Below the pieces are notes generated by a model. The model saw nothing but the letters and a program-made list of their open reading frames with translations, searched no databases and was not told the origin of the DNA. From assembly GCA_048772705.1 (NCBI GenBank), contig JBLWGC010000230.1:1116001-1180000 (forward strand): DNA of 64,000 bases, written 5' to 3'. Shown one piece after another: positions 1-12,432 of this stretch; position 1 is the stretch's first letter; every line of letters begins with the position of its first letter. The position numbers and the translations under genes were made by a program. This stretch comes from Leidyana gryllorum EB-2025a. Lineage: Eukaryota; Protista; Apicomplexa.

Positions 1-122
1 GTAGGAACAGGTGGAATAGATGTAGGCTGGGAGATTCGTGGAAGGAGCCTGCGGCTGCGTTGCTGAAGCCAGTCCGCCTCTCGATAAAGCTCTCTGAGCA
101 GACGCTTCCTACTTTCGCCCAT
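1..122 (-). CDS. 5' end of a gene running off the window (MGESRKRLLREL...), weakly like an E2 ubiquitin-conjugating enzyme N-terminus
   Basis: ATG at 122 and an open frame to the window edge; KRLLREL resembles E2 helix 1. Confidence 0.3.
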   Translation of the reverse strand, partial: MGESRKRLLRELYREADWLQQRSRRLLPRISQPTSIPPVP

Positions 123-146
123 GGTGGCAGCTAAAAAGAAAAAGGG

Positions 147-2033
147 CTAGTCTACTTTGACAGCTCCATAAATGGCACGAACAAACCAAAAGCTAGCGAT
201 GAAGCCAACTGCTCCAGTGACCAGGAAGAATGTGTAGGCCATCAGGGCAGTGTAGCCAAAGTACAGCAGGACTGACGCGAAGCGATCGATTTCTAGTGCC
301 ATAAAGAAGTATGCGATCGAGAAGGCGAACAAGAAGACTGCTGAGAACGCCGAGACCAGGTAGGAGCGCCACCACCACTGGTAGTCCTCGGCCGCCAACT
401 GGAAGTAGGTGAAAACAATGGAGGTTTCGGCACAGGTGACGACCAAAATGATCACCACCAACGTCAAGAACCCGAACAGGTAGTAGAAGCGGTGTTGCCA
501 GACGGAAGCCAAGATGAAGGACAGTTCCGAAAAGACCGCGCCGAAGGGCAAGATGCCTCCTGTCACCATGACAAACAGAGGGTGGAGGATAAGAGGAGAT
601 TTCGGGATCTGGCGTGGAATTTGATTCGTCCGGACTGGCAAGGATATGGCCGGCTTGCGATACCCCATGTAGGCTCCGACGAATACGAGGGGTACTGAGA
701 TACCCAACCACAAGAGTACCAGTTGGAAAATGTACTTGAAGGGAATAGCTCCGCTCGACCCCTTGAACCACAATACCAAGTTGAGACACAGGAAGGTTGT
801 AAAGCAGACTCCCGTGTACTGGAAGGCAGTCCATAAAGTCACAATGAAACTCCGGTGGGTCTCGTCGCCTTGGAATAGTTTATTGAAGCGCGCCGATACA
901 TAGCCTGCGGGACCTCCCATGAAGGCGAACAAAATCAAGGCAACCTGTAACATTGCTCCTCTGTTCGCGGGGCTCAACACTCCCAGCATGGCGAAGCCGA
1001 GTGTCAGACCTATCATAATCAGCACTTGTACACCCGTACCAACACACGCGGCCAGAAGCTTGCTGAAGTTGGGTCTCCGGAACACATCGCCGTGAATCAA
1101 CTTCCATCCGCTCTCCTCTTGAGCTTCTTCTATGTCGTCCAAATTATTGTACCGTGCAATGTCTCTCAATAGCGTCCGCAGCAAGATCGTCGCTACCACC
1201 GCCGAAAGCATTAGCACGACTACAAAAGCATTCACGATGGAGAACCATCGAATTTGAGCTGATCCTTCGCTCGCACGGAGGTAAGCATCCCAACGGGTCG
1301 CCCAGCTAATGTCGGAATACTCAAACTTGACCGAGTAGGTGAAGGCAATTTGTGTACCCGCCGGAAGCCGTACTAAATCCAGCCGTGGCAGATTCGCTCC
1401 GCAGTCCATTCCGGTCTCGTTCCTCAGCAACGACAAATCGTGGGCAATCGACCGCGGCTCTACTTCGAACCCGACCACACGTACTCCTTCGTTGGTGGGA
1501 TGATACAAAATCTTCATGTCCAGATGATTCATCAGGTAGGCATGGACCAGAGTTCCTTCGGCCTCCTCTTTGAGCCCCACTGGGTATCCGCTGACAATGA
1601 GTTTGTCTGCGTCGCTCCGTGGGTCTATGTTTCGCCCAAGAGCCATCGGTACAACCAGCGCAGCGGGTAGATCGTCAGCCAGCAAATTAATATAGTACTC
1701 GTCTTCTATCATTCCTTTGAACTCGTTGAGAGACTTCTCAGAGAGTGTTTTGACACACAACACTCGACAGCTATCGTCCACCTTCATTCGGACATCGTAG
1801 GGGGTGTTCTGAATCAGATCTCCCTTGAGTATCTGGCCGAGGTTCTCTTCAACGGTCTCCAATTTCTGGGGCTGACAGTAATCCAGACTGTAGTACCCGT
1901 ATGGCACCTGCGTCTTCACCGAGGTCATCTTGTTCACCTGGATCGGTACGGGTGCCCCCGCGTCATACGCGTTGGGCGCATTCCCAGGGATGTAGAAGGC
2001 TCCAGCCACACCAAATGCCAGCAGAGCCCACAT
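147..2033 (-). CDS. Transmembrane 9 superfamily (nonaspanin/EMP70) protein
   Basis: Signal peptide then FYIPG; ENLGQIL, GWKLIHGDVFR, PVRTNQIPRQIP, EDYQWWW motifs; C-terminal KVD; intronless; ATG at 2033. Confidence 0.95.
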   Translation of the reverse strand: MWALLAFGVAGAFYIPGNAPNAYDAGAPVPIQVNKMTSVKTQVPYGYYSLDYCQPQKLETVEENLGQILKGDLIQNTPYDVRMKVDDSCRVLCVKTLSEKSLNEFKGMIEDEYYINLLADDLPAALVVPMALGRNIDPRSDADKLIVSGYPVGLKEEAEGTLVHAYLMNHLDMKILYHPTNEGVRVVGFEVEPRSIAHDLSLLRNETGMDCGANLPRLDLVRLPAGTQIAFTYSVKFEYSDISWATRWDAYLRASEGSAQIRWFSIVNAFVVVLMLSAVVATILLRTLLRDIARYNNLDDIEEAQEESGWKLIHGDVFRRPNFSKLLAACVGTGVQVLIMIGLTLGFAMLGVLSPANRGAMLQVALILFAFMGGPAGYVSARFNKLFQGDETHRSFIVTLWTAFQYTGVCFTTFLCLNLVLWFKGSSGAIPFKYIFQLVLLWLGISVPLVFVGAYMGYRKPAISLPVRTNQIPRQIPKSPLILHPLFVMVTGGILPFGAVFSELSFILASVWQHRFYYLFGFLTLVVIILVVTCAETSIVFTYFQLAAEDYQWWWRSYLVSAFSAVFLFAFSIAYFFMALEIDRFASVLLYFGYTALMAYTFFLVTGAVGFIASFWFVRAIYGAVKVD

Positions 2034-2051
2034 CTCGACGAAAATTCTGAA

Positions 2052-5000
2052 ATGTCGGGAGACCCACCTGCTTACGTTCCCGACCCCGACTGGGAACCAG
2101 GCTTCATCACCTACGAACCCGAACCATTCGACTTTAGTGGTGATGAAGACGATGCCGAGACGGAGGTACAGAGCATTAAGGTGAGTCCGTCTACGTTTTG
2201 TCCGTGAAGTGAGTCCCTTCCCACCCACGGCTGTGGAAAGACTTCACCGGGCGTCGGGCGGTCTCGTATCATCTCGTGTCCCTCCCCACAGGTGGACGTC
2301 GACCAACTACTCGTCTTTCTAGCCCAAGTTCAACCTATCCTCGATGTGGGCTTCGAACCCGCACTGGACCCTTTGTATAAGCGGAAGAAGGTTCATAGAC
2401 GCCGAGAGAGTGAGAAGAAACGGGGGGACTCGCATCGACGGAAGAGCGAGAGAACTCGGTCCAGCGGTCGAGAAAGTCGAAAACATGCTCGAGACCGCAG
2501 TCGAAGTCGAAGTCGCGATCGGCATCGGGACCGTCACCGAACGCGAGACCGTGAACGAGACCGAGACAGAGGTCGCGATCGGGACCGAGACCGGCACCGT
2601 GAGCGAGACCGTGAGCGAGACCGTGAACGAGATCGGGACTCACACAGACACCGGTCGTCGCGCCGCAGGACCCGTTCCGATAGTCTTTCTGGGGAAAGGA
2701 GAATGGAGCACGGATATGCACTGAGACCCCCCCGTCCCCCTCACCTCATTACCGCGCCTCATCTCCTCCCGCATCAAATGCTGCCTCCACCGGTGGTTCT
2801 GCGGCCACCCATATCGCTGGGTCAGGGTGTGCATCCGGGGCCGCCAAACCCACATATCGAATTGAAAGCCCCCGAGTATCCGCAGGAGATATTGGTAATA
2901 AGCAGCGACTCCTCCGATGAATGTATGTATCGCAGGGGCTGGGTGAAAGAAGTGGGCATCGTGACTTACCGCTGAACTATCCACCTGGCAGCAGCAGTTG
3001 GCGTTCGTTGGTGTCGGATGTGCCTAAGCGGATGTTGACAGTGATGGGAGCGATTGCGCTGTTGTCGGGATTGGAGCCGCAGAAGCCCTGGAAGCATTTG
3101 GATGAGCTCATAGCCAAACAACGTAAAATCTCATACTCTCGGGAATCTGGAGACTTGGTCAGTAAAGCTCATCTTGCCTACCTGGAGTCTATCAAAGGCT
3201 TAATTGACTTGAGCGAGATGCTGGGGGCCGAAGGTTCGTTGAGTATGGACGAGGCAACAAGCCAAGAGGCCAAGGTGACCGGCTTTTACCCTCGGGAGGA
3301 CAGACCAGCGTACGAGCAAGAGTGTAAGTCTACGAATCAGTGCACCTCTGCTTTGCTGAACCATCTGCGATTGATACCGAGGGTAATCGAAGTCGCATGG
3401 CGAAGTGATCCGTCTGATCCGCGGCAGGCGGCCCTCAGACGGGCATATTCTGTGCCCGGAAGTTTGGTGTTAGTTAACACAAAGTTTGCGGGAGAGCGTA
3501 GTACTTCGCGGGGTTTGATAATCTGGTGTGACTGTCGCAGCACTAATCTTACGCTCCACCTTCTGATGATGTTTCCTCATGTTGCTGCGAAGCAAACCGA
3601 CCAGCGGGTTCTGTCTCTCAACAATCTGAATGGGGAAGCTGCCAACGGTGCAGAGCCAAACATGAAGTTGCTTCACGAAGTTGTCACCGTCACTGCGACA
3701 TCGAGCCCCAGCCGCTGCTCGGCGATTCTCGGCGATATACTGGACGGTTTGAACTGGATGAATGTGATGCAGGACATTCGGGCTAAGAATCTCACGGGGT
3801 TGACGGCAACTCAAGCTTCAGCCGTTCTACTCTCGATATTGTTCCCGCTGCCCTTGTTACCCTCGATTCTGGGATGGTGGCCGAATGGACTACCTCACCT
3901 GAAAAACCCAACTAACCCCCCAGCTGACCGCTATGACACTTTCGTGGACGACCTCATCAAGACGAGCGTTGAACGGCACAGAGACCTGCTAAAGGCAGAC
4001 AAGAAAGCCCCCGTCGAGTTGCCCGAGTACATGAAGAAACTTCGTGCCTCTCAATTCGGCCGCGTGGATATCAGGAAGCAGCCTTTGGCCGTGGCGTGGA
4101 AGCTGTGGACAAAGAACTACCGCAAAGCGCTTAAGGACCTCCAAGAAGAAAACTCTGTATTCGTGGGCTCCGCCTTCCGGAAAGAGGACATTTTAGAGTC
4201 CAAACTGGACAATCTGGTTTTCGGGAAAGTGATCGCAGCCCACAACTCCGTCCGGATCATTGAGGATTTGAAAGCGGCGGTGAACTATATCGCACAGGAG
4301 AAAAAAGATGGAGTCAAGACTACAAGAGGCTTCCCAGTAGTTGTCGCTGAGGACCCGGATTTCCGCAGTGGCCCAAGATTTGCTGTGGTAAGTTCTTTGA
4401 ATACTGTTGGGCTGACTTGAGACGGGATCAATTTTTCTCTCTCCACAGAATTTGGCTCTGATCCTAAACGCCTGTGTGGTGGGTGGTGTCAATGTGCAAG
4501 TGCACTTCCGGGATGTTGAACGGCACTTCCAAGCTTTGGAGTATCTGAGAGTTCTATCGTGGGAAGATCCCTTGAAGTCCTCGCCTTCTCCGAGCTACGG
4601 CAAACTCTCTCCCCACCGAATCCTCTCACTGGCCATCGGAGGAGTCGTCGGGAAACATGTCAATAGCGATCCGGTTCCCATCCATCACATTATGCTGCCC
4701 GAGAAATTCGGGCCTAATCTCCAACCCGAAGTCTGCAGACCCATAATTGAATGGTGGCAGGCCGCCGTGGCCACCGGATCCATATGGCACCTCGGGATTC
4801 GCCTGCACGCCACTCGGGCCGCTGCGAACATGTGTCTGAATCTCTTGAAGAAATCTGAAATGAGATTTAGTTTGCCTGTTGTGGGCAGCTTAGCGAGTGG
4901 GAAGGCCACCGCCGGGACCGTCGAGAAATTGACGAATGCCGAGAAACTAATGTCCATCTGGTGGCTTTGCTATATAATCCGAATGCTGGGTCCTACAGTC

Positions 5001-5672
5001 AAGTCTTACAAGGATCTGGGACCGGGCTTTTACAAAGTCTTCAAAGGTTGCCGAGACATACTGATGTTCATCAATGACGCTGGCGACGATCTCAAGAATT
5101 GCTCGAGCTCTCTGTTCGATCTGTTGGTCTCAGGACCGGATTGGGAATTACAGTCGGGGTTGAACGAAATTGTGAAATACACCGATACTCAGGTTGCACA
5201 GTTTATATTACGCTCTGCACACGTACTCCTCACGTCTCCAGCGTCCCAATTCGAGGATTTGACTATTGCCTGTGACAGTATGGTGGTTAAGGTTATGATA
5301 TACGACGAGGCTCCTCCGGACTGTCTGGTGACAATGCCTCGCTCCCTTATCTTCCGGCCCACAGTGACAAGCACTGTTTTCATCAACGGGAAGGATGTCA
5401 TCTCGAAAGGCCCGGATGCACAATTGGTGACTAAAGAGATCGAAGAACGGCGATTGGCATTGCTGAAATTGGGTCCCTGGGCCAAAGCGTTCGCGAAAGT
5501 CGAAGAGCGAGACGGCAACCCCATTACTGCCTCCGCGCCCCCAATTGCCAATCCAACTTACATCCCCCATCCGTGTAATTTCACAGACATTCAGTGCAAC
5601 ACAGGACTCATCAGTGGCGGGCAAGTGACTTCGACCCAATGGGTGGATGAGAGTGTTGTCACCACTTCATGA
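2052..5672 (+). CDS. Large multi-exon hypothetical protein with an N-terminal RS/RD-repeat and Pro-rich region
   Basis: Exon 2052-2180, intron 2181-2291 (GTGAGT..CAG) in frame with ORF 2292; intron 4388-4448 joins ORFs 2921 and 4452 in frame; the junction near 2925-2990 is unresolved, so this could be two genes. Confidence 0.6.
2480..2680 (+). repeat. Coding low-complexity repeat (GAGACCGTGA-like units encoding RD/RE/RS dipeptides)
   Basis: Degenerate 6/12-nt periodic repeats within the ORF. Confidence 0.8.
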
Positions 5673-7428
5673 GAAGCTGCCCTCCTTTGACCACCATGGA
5701 GACACAGGACCGAGCGTTTGTTCGACATTGGTGGCACTCTTCAGTGTCACCTCTTTTGCCCACAGTCCTAAACGCTCTGTTACTTTCCATTGAGCCGGGC
5801 GGGACTTACCGAGCGGATGTGATATCTTTTGGGCTCTGTCCATGAGACTTAGCAGACTGTCAGATGGGAAGATCCGTTTGTGGGGCTTCTCAAAGACGAG
5901 CTCCGCTCCGCTCGACGGTGTGCCGCTGTCCTTGTTGGCTATGACCTTTTCCAGGAAGGTCTCAACAGCAGCGCGTTCAGCTGACTTGTCGGCTTTGTGC
6001 AGCTCGGCGCATCTGTTGATCTCTTCACATGAGACGCCAGTGTACCGCTTCAAGGGCTCATACTGCGTGTCGAAAAGCAAGGGGTAGCCCAGGAGAGCCA
6101 TGACTGATCGAATTTGATGTCTCCGGCCAGTCGGTATCACAATCTCCCATTCCAATAAGTCAACATCTCGAGGGAGCACCTCACAAACACTCGAGTACCA
6201 CTTCTTGGCCACAGAATCTGTGGCCCTCGCAGCGTTCTCCGAGCAGTTGGACAAAAACTCATTGACCGACAACTGTTGGCAGCTGTTAACGATTGTCGTG
6301 CAGCTCTTCCACCCGGCGATCTCGGTGGTGCTGGACGGCAGAGGATAGCTCCGGTCGTACAGATTACCTGCGCACAGATAGATGTGACGGCGGCATTGAG
6401 GGATACCTACTTGGTGGCATAAATGTGTTCAGAGTGAAGGGGAAGTCAGCCGCAGCATTCTCAGTGTCAAGACTTTTCAAGCGGGCCAGAGCTTCAGTTT
6501 CCGTACCAATTGAAATTGCCGAATATACTTTGTTAGAGAGGTCCACATGGCTTTTGCATTTGGGCTTGCACGTGATCGTCCGCTTGGCGTAAACTAACAT
6601 TACTCCCCCAACCCACCCATCCAGTCTGTGCACAGGGTGATACATTGGAGTCGTCGCCGTGGCGGCGGATTCAAGCTGACGACGGTCATTGTCGTCTGAT
6701 TGAGGAGGGTCATTGTCGTCATCTGGGTGGTGACCAATAAAAGTAGCGACTTCCTCTGCCACACACTGCCTAGCATTGGAAACGTGAGGTTCAGCTGGGA
6801 GATTGGGCGGTTTGACGACCGCTACAATAGAATTGCATTGGTTTGGGCAAAGAGAGAAGGTGTTTAAGGGCTTTCGGATCTTGGGATACTCATATGCCAT
6901 CGGTTTCAGGTGAACTCGCAGAAAGGTCAGCGTACGTCTGCTGGAAACATCGATAATGCGCCGTTTCGATGCGTTTTTAGGCTTAGCGCCCTCACGCCAC
7001 GGACAAGTGGCATACAGACAATCCTGATGCTGTTGCCTGAGCGCATCATGAACATTGGATTTCTTAGGCATGCGGGACTGGCGAAAGTCTCCCACTAGGG
7101 CCAGCTCTGGAAAAACTCGTTCCATCCACTCCCTTGATGGGGCCGCAGCTCCGATCCATTTCAAGGGAGCCGAAGGAGAGTGGGTGGCATCTGATCTGGC
7201 ACGTTTGGCTATTGGCTCCTCGGCCTGATCCACTGCATTGCAAAAGCTTCGGAGGTACACCGCCCTTGCAGAGACAATGGAGTGAACATCGCAACCTGGA
7301 AGCGTTTGCGCCAACAGATCGGTCCATGAAGTTGGAAAGTCGTCGTCCAGGAATTGAACGAAAAGTACGTCCTCCCAAACTTGGCCATAGTAACTGATGT
7401 AAGGAACCACTATTGGTGGTGGTCCCAT
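5667..7428 (-). CDS. RluA-family pseudouridine synthase
   Basis: VVKPPNLP, PVHRLD (catalytic Asp), TGRRHQIR, GYPLLFDTQY; ~37-nt intron starting at 6367 joins the two ORFs in frame. Confidence 0.88.
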
Positions 7429-7517
7429 GCTTTGAGAATTTTTCGTAGAGGAGACCACAATGTTGAACTATTGAAACTTTATTTATGTACAGACGGACGC
7501 TGTTGTGCATCATTGTG

Positions 7518-10500
7518 TCACCGCGAAGGGGACGTGGCAAACACTCGAGTGGAATCAGGAAAGAAATCCTTCAGAGGCGTGAATTGAGCAGTCATCTCAC
7601 ATCGAACTGGCAGTGTCTGGGCAAAATACCCCTTCTCCCACCAGGTGCGCATCTCGCGACCAGTGAAAGGACCCTAATTGCGCGTGAAATAAAGATCCTG
7701 CGATAATTAAAGTGTCAAACTCACCTGTATGTTCCCTTTCGGATCCACATATTGCCAGATCTTCTCATCCCCTCGAAGTTTGCGGTCTTTATTTGGCGGA
7801 GCCGGGGGTCCATTGTTGTTAGTACGCGCTGGAGGGCGGGCCTGCTGCTGCTGGGGCTGGGGCGGGGCCTCCACTCGACGCTTGTTGTAAGCGGCCTTCA
7901 TCCCAGAACTGTCCAGAGAGCCGTATCCTTCCTGCTGAGACTTGGCGGCCAACGCGTTCACTGGACGCATTGCGGAGGCCGAGAGCATTTCCAGCAGTTG
8001 TTGTGGTGACGCCCAATCTTGAGATGAGTTGTCCAAATTTCCTTGGGAACCATGTTGTCCCATACGATAGTGATCGTTGCCTTGACGATACTGTTCGCTC
8101 GTGCCTTGACGGAACTGCTCTTGCAGCTGACGATATTGGTCTCCTGCCTGACGATACTGGTCCCCGCCATAAGTATTACGATCTGCATATTGCGGAGCAC
8201 CGCCGTACCCACGATCGCCCCGATATTGATTCTCGCCGCCAAAACTCCCATAACCTGCGCGGTCGTCCCCACCTTGACTACCGCCGAACTGTCGGTCGTG
8301 CCCATAACGAGGGTCGTGGGAGGGTGGTGGTGCCGCCGGCTGGTTCCCGGAACCATATGACCGGTCGTTGGCCCCAGCAAACTGACCGCCATAAGGCCTC
8401 TCAACTCCATAAGAGGGCCTCTCATTGCCTGATTGGGCAGCATATTGGCGAGAATCACTCGTTTGACTTCTGCTGTCGTTTCCTGGATACTGATTAGGCT
8501 CGCCCATCGAACCGAACGAGCGAGGACCTGGTTGACTGAGAGGGGGGCTGGGGTTGTTATCCATCATTAAGGGGAGACCCGCTTGTTGGATAAGTCTTAA
8601 CAAGTGTTGTTGTTCTTCAAGCGGTGCAACTGCGTTAGGTGGTGGTGGTGGTGGAGGGGGAGGAGGCTGTGGTTGGTTTCGTCGACCCGCGGGGAAACGA
8701 TTCGAATTCCTCCTTTCGAGCCCGTCAAAGGCTTCCGATACGGCAGGAGGCGCCGGAGCAGCAGTGGCTGAGCCGAGACGGTCATGTTCAACCTTGACTG
8801 TCACATGGGGCAACATATTCTTGAGAAGCTGGGCCACAGAAGAGGTGTCTGCAGCAGCCGGAGCAGGAACGGGCGCCGGCTCAGCAGGAACCGGAGGAGC
8901 TCTTGCCTGCGGTGGACCATATTGATGTTGGGGGAGCATCTGATGACCCCGCATCACCCGCTCTTCTATGTCAAACATCCAGGGCATATCAGTCTTTGAA
9001 CGTGCATCTGGCACTGGATACCCCTGGGGCATGGTCACTTCAGATACCGGCGGATGATGTGGCATCGTAATCACCTCAGGCTCCTGCGGCTGAGCGGGCG
9101 GTGGAGGTGGCGGCGGTGGTGGGGGTGGGGGTGGAGGTGGAGGAGGTGCAACACGATTAGCTGGCTGTTGCGTATAGTATGGGGGAGGGATATTACTCCT
9201 CGTCGAGGGCGCTTCTTCGGTTTGAGGGGGCAGCTGGGCTGGAGTCGGATCGACTGCCGGGACGACACCGGACACAGTTTTGTCTTCGGCAGGTTGTTTC
9301 CCGCCTTGTTTCCGACTTTTTGGCTCGCTTGACGGCGGTTGCGAAACAGGCGGACTGTGAGTATCGTGAGACTCAGAGACAGACTCCGAGGGACCGGACC
9401 GCCAATCGAGGGCAAAGTCGACATCCTTTGCACCACTTCCTTGACTGTTGGCCGCATATCTACTCTTGTCGAATGGTCGCTGGCCAGGTTTGCCCTTCAT
9501 GCGCTTCTGTAAATCCTCTGGAAGCTCTTTATCAGTGATCTCTCCAGCCAGATACCGCGAGATTAGTTCGGTATTACGATTTCTGTTCTTCAGCCGATAC
9601 GTGTTGACCTTGGAGGTGGCTAAGTTTGCACGTGGTACGGGTGGAGGTCTGTGCGCATTTGTCAACGATAAATTTCTCTCTGGGGTAACTTACGGGAAGT
9701 TGGTGACTTTGTCGACTTGCCATGCCACTTCGTAAAGTTCATCGAAGGGCATGTCGAGGATTTTGATGCCCTCTCGAGTCCAGATTTTGACAACATTGTC
9801 CACGTTCATTCGAGGCCGCGTGGACGCTGTGAAGAAGTATCGGCCACACGGTGACCAGTTGCAGACGACAGTGCACGCTTCCCGCCAATCAGCAATCAGT
9901 GTAATGGCTCCGTTTGGTGCTCGGTAGTGGAATGTTAGATCGCCCGCGAGGTTACCGAAACCTCCGATGGCTATCATATCACCAAATGGACCCCAACTGA
10001 CGGTGTTTTTATAGCCACGAGGGAAACTGTGGAGTCGCTGGGCAGTGTTACCGTCGATGAGAAAGATGTCTGTTGAAGTTTATAGAGAGAGAGTCAACAG
10101 CACCGCAAAGTGACCTTACCCGAAGGAGCTTTCCCTTCGATCAACACCAACTCATCAGTAGTTGGAGACCATTTTGCGTCTTGAGTCACTCGTGTATTGA
10201 TCTTTGTGAGGAGAAGCGTAGCGACAGACCCGGTGTGCAGACCCATAGTGTCTTTGAGCGTGTCGGCGCTCTCATCGCTGGTGGTTACTTCATCGCGATT
10301 AGCTTCCAGATCGCAGAGCCAAGCATCGCCAATGCTACCGTAGTTCTCGCCGGCTGAGTCCACCAACGTCGAGGTGAGAAGGAGACACTTTCGACGGGAA
10401 GGGGCCCACAAAAAATCGCAGCCATCCACGTCGGGAAGCTCGCTGACACCAATCTTGCACCATCCGGGGCCTCCTTCGCTTCCTCCCAAGAACAGCACTC

Positions 10501-11379
10501 GAACCTCGCCCGGCTTCCGAGGTGTGGACTGTGTTGCCGGAGCGAACATTGTGACCACTATTGCTTCAGGATTCGTTGGACACGCTGGAGCGATTCCAGC
10601 GGTGAATCGTGGTGGCAAGGGAAGAGCGAACAAAGGCTTTCCGGAGAAATCGTGTCCCCTACTGACCTCGAGCTTGTCGCCATTGGAGCATAACCGATAC
10701 TTTTCATCGTCTCTCCATTGTACGGGGCCCGGTTGAGACGCTCGTGTGAGTCTTAGCGACAGCAACACCTCAGCGCCAGTCACCTTGGTGTCCTTTCTGT
10801 TGACGCGGTAAATATGATAGTTGGGGCCTGGAGGTCATTTGTGTTGAACACAAGCGGTTGACGAAAGGTGGTGTTACCTGTAATCTCAGTGAGTTGGTGG
10901 CCCGATGGAGCCCAATAGGCATAGAAATAACTACCCTGCGGCGAGAAACCGAACCACTTCAACTGTTTTGCCGGAACATTCGCGAGCCCTTCGGGAACGG
11001 GGAGCGAGCACCCCTGATCGTTACCCAGTGCGTTAGCCTGACACTGTGTTGCGGGGTCGAACTCGGCGTCCCAGCTCACCCCATACAAAACCAAGCCGCG
11101 GTCTGCGAGGTTTATGGCCAATACGGAGCCATTAGGAGCCCAAGCTGTGGCGAGAATCTCTCCCTTTACTTCAGCGATGGTCTCAGGGGCTTGCGAGCTC
11201 TCATACACCGGAGCATCGAGCGGCAAGTCCCACACTTTGTAGACATTCCGGCCACGCAGAGACAAGAAGCTGTGCTTCTGCTCCTGATTCATCTGGTCAC
11301 ACCCATTCATGCGCCGGCTTTTGCAAAGGAAGTGAGAGAAATTAGGAGGAAAAAATGCTACCTGCGGAGCAACTATCAT
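7518..11379 (-). CDS. EIF2A: eIF2A (WD40 beta-propeller) fused to a Pro/Gln/Gly-Tyr-rich tail and a C-terminal GYF domain
   Basis: eIF2A motifs ENYG, GFGNLAGD, WSPCGRYF, PRMNVDN; frame-preserving introns 10070-10119, 9649-9693, 7674-7724 and ~10752-10783; GYF motif WQYVDPKGNIQ|GPF..MRTWWEKGYF; exact start uncertain. Confidence 0.8.
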
Positions 11380-11409
11380 TTTTAGGTCATCCAAGGTGCA
11401 CCCTGTGCT

Positions 11410-12419
11410 ATGTCAAGAGCACCTTCCAACCCCAGCCCATACTCACCTGATCTGCAGGCTTTCATAGTAACGAAATACGATCCACTGTTGGGTGTGGTAC
11501 AAACACTCAATGATCGGTTACACGCCACCAACAGAGGTAGGTCTCTTTGGAACCAGTTTTGATAGGAAGCGCTACACCACCCAGACCGCTTCAGGCTGGA
11601 ACGCCGGGTGGAGAACTTAGAACGAGAGATCAGAGAGCTGACCGACTTTGTCGTCAAAGGAACCAAACCCATCTCACCAATGGCAGATGTGGAGGAGGAA
11701 TTGAAACGTTCAGGTAGACTTCTGAGATGCACAGTGTTCCTAGTAGTAGTACGTTAACATCAGAGGTTCGCGATCTCCTCCGGAGTGAACAACAGCTAGC
11801 AGCTCCTTGGCTATTCTCCTGCAAGGTGATCTCAGTCAGCCATTCTTCAACTGTTCTCATATCTCTCTGTGTCAGTCGGCCACTCCATTGACGTCCATTC
11901 AACAACTTTTGAACTTCACTCCTGATCAGACAGCGGAGTTGGAGTGTGCAGAGTGGAACTCTGAGGAGGAAATGTGGACTGACTTCCTCGAAAACATTCC
12001 TGATGGCACTCAAGTCATTCCGCCCAGCGCAGCCCTCACTGATCTCCGAGCAGCGGGTGAGTCACTCCTTTTTCCAACGACCCATTCTTCGCGTGCCCCG
12101 CAGCTGCCAAGGCTTTGAAAAGTGTGGTTTGTGCCGAGGTCCTTATTGTTGTACGCAACACTCCCGGACGCGACGCTCAAGGCCAATACGCTGCGATTCT
12201 GCTCGTCTCCACTCTATGCGCTGCTGTGGGTGATGCCTGGAGGGTGAGTGATTCTCGCGACTTGAATCGTCACCACAATGTTATTAGCGAGTTGAAAAAC
12301 ATTCGCCCAACAGCCTAGGAAGAGTGGCAGTTGTACTAGACGGGAATAACGTCGGAACCAAATTGGTTGCGGGACCACAGAAGTTCATCATCGAGCCTCT
12401 GACAGTGGACAAGGCTTGA
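11410..12419 (+). CDS. Multi-exon hypothetical protein
   Basis: Series of protein-like + strand segments with GT..AG gaps (e.g. donors at ~12057 and ~12244); exon structure not fully resolved. Confidence 0.4.
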
Positions 12420-12432
12420 GTGTAGCGCGAGT

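Noticed and set aside
2034-2228. N-terminal extension of TM9SF in the ORF track
   Set aside because: Starts at a non-ATG codon, lies upstream of the signal peptide and overlaps the divergent gene's first exon
2480-2680. Periodic repeats resembling a CRISPR array or satellite
   Set aside because: No unique spacers; explained by RD/RS coding repeats in a eukaryotic gene
9095-9150. G-rich (GGT/GGA/GGC)n run as G-quadruplex or telomere-like element
   Set aside because: Fully explained by polyproline coding on the minus strand (same at ~8638-8665)
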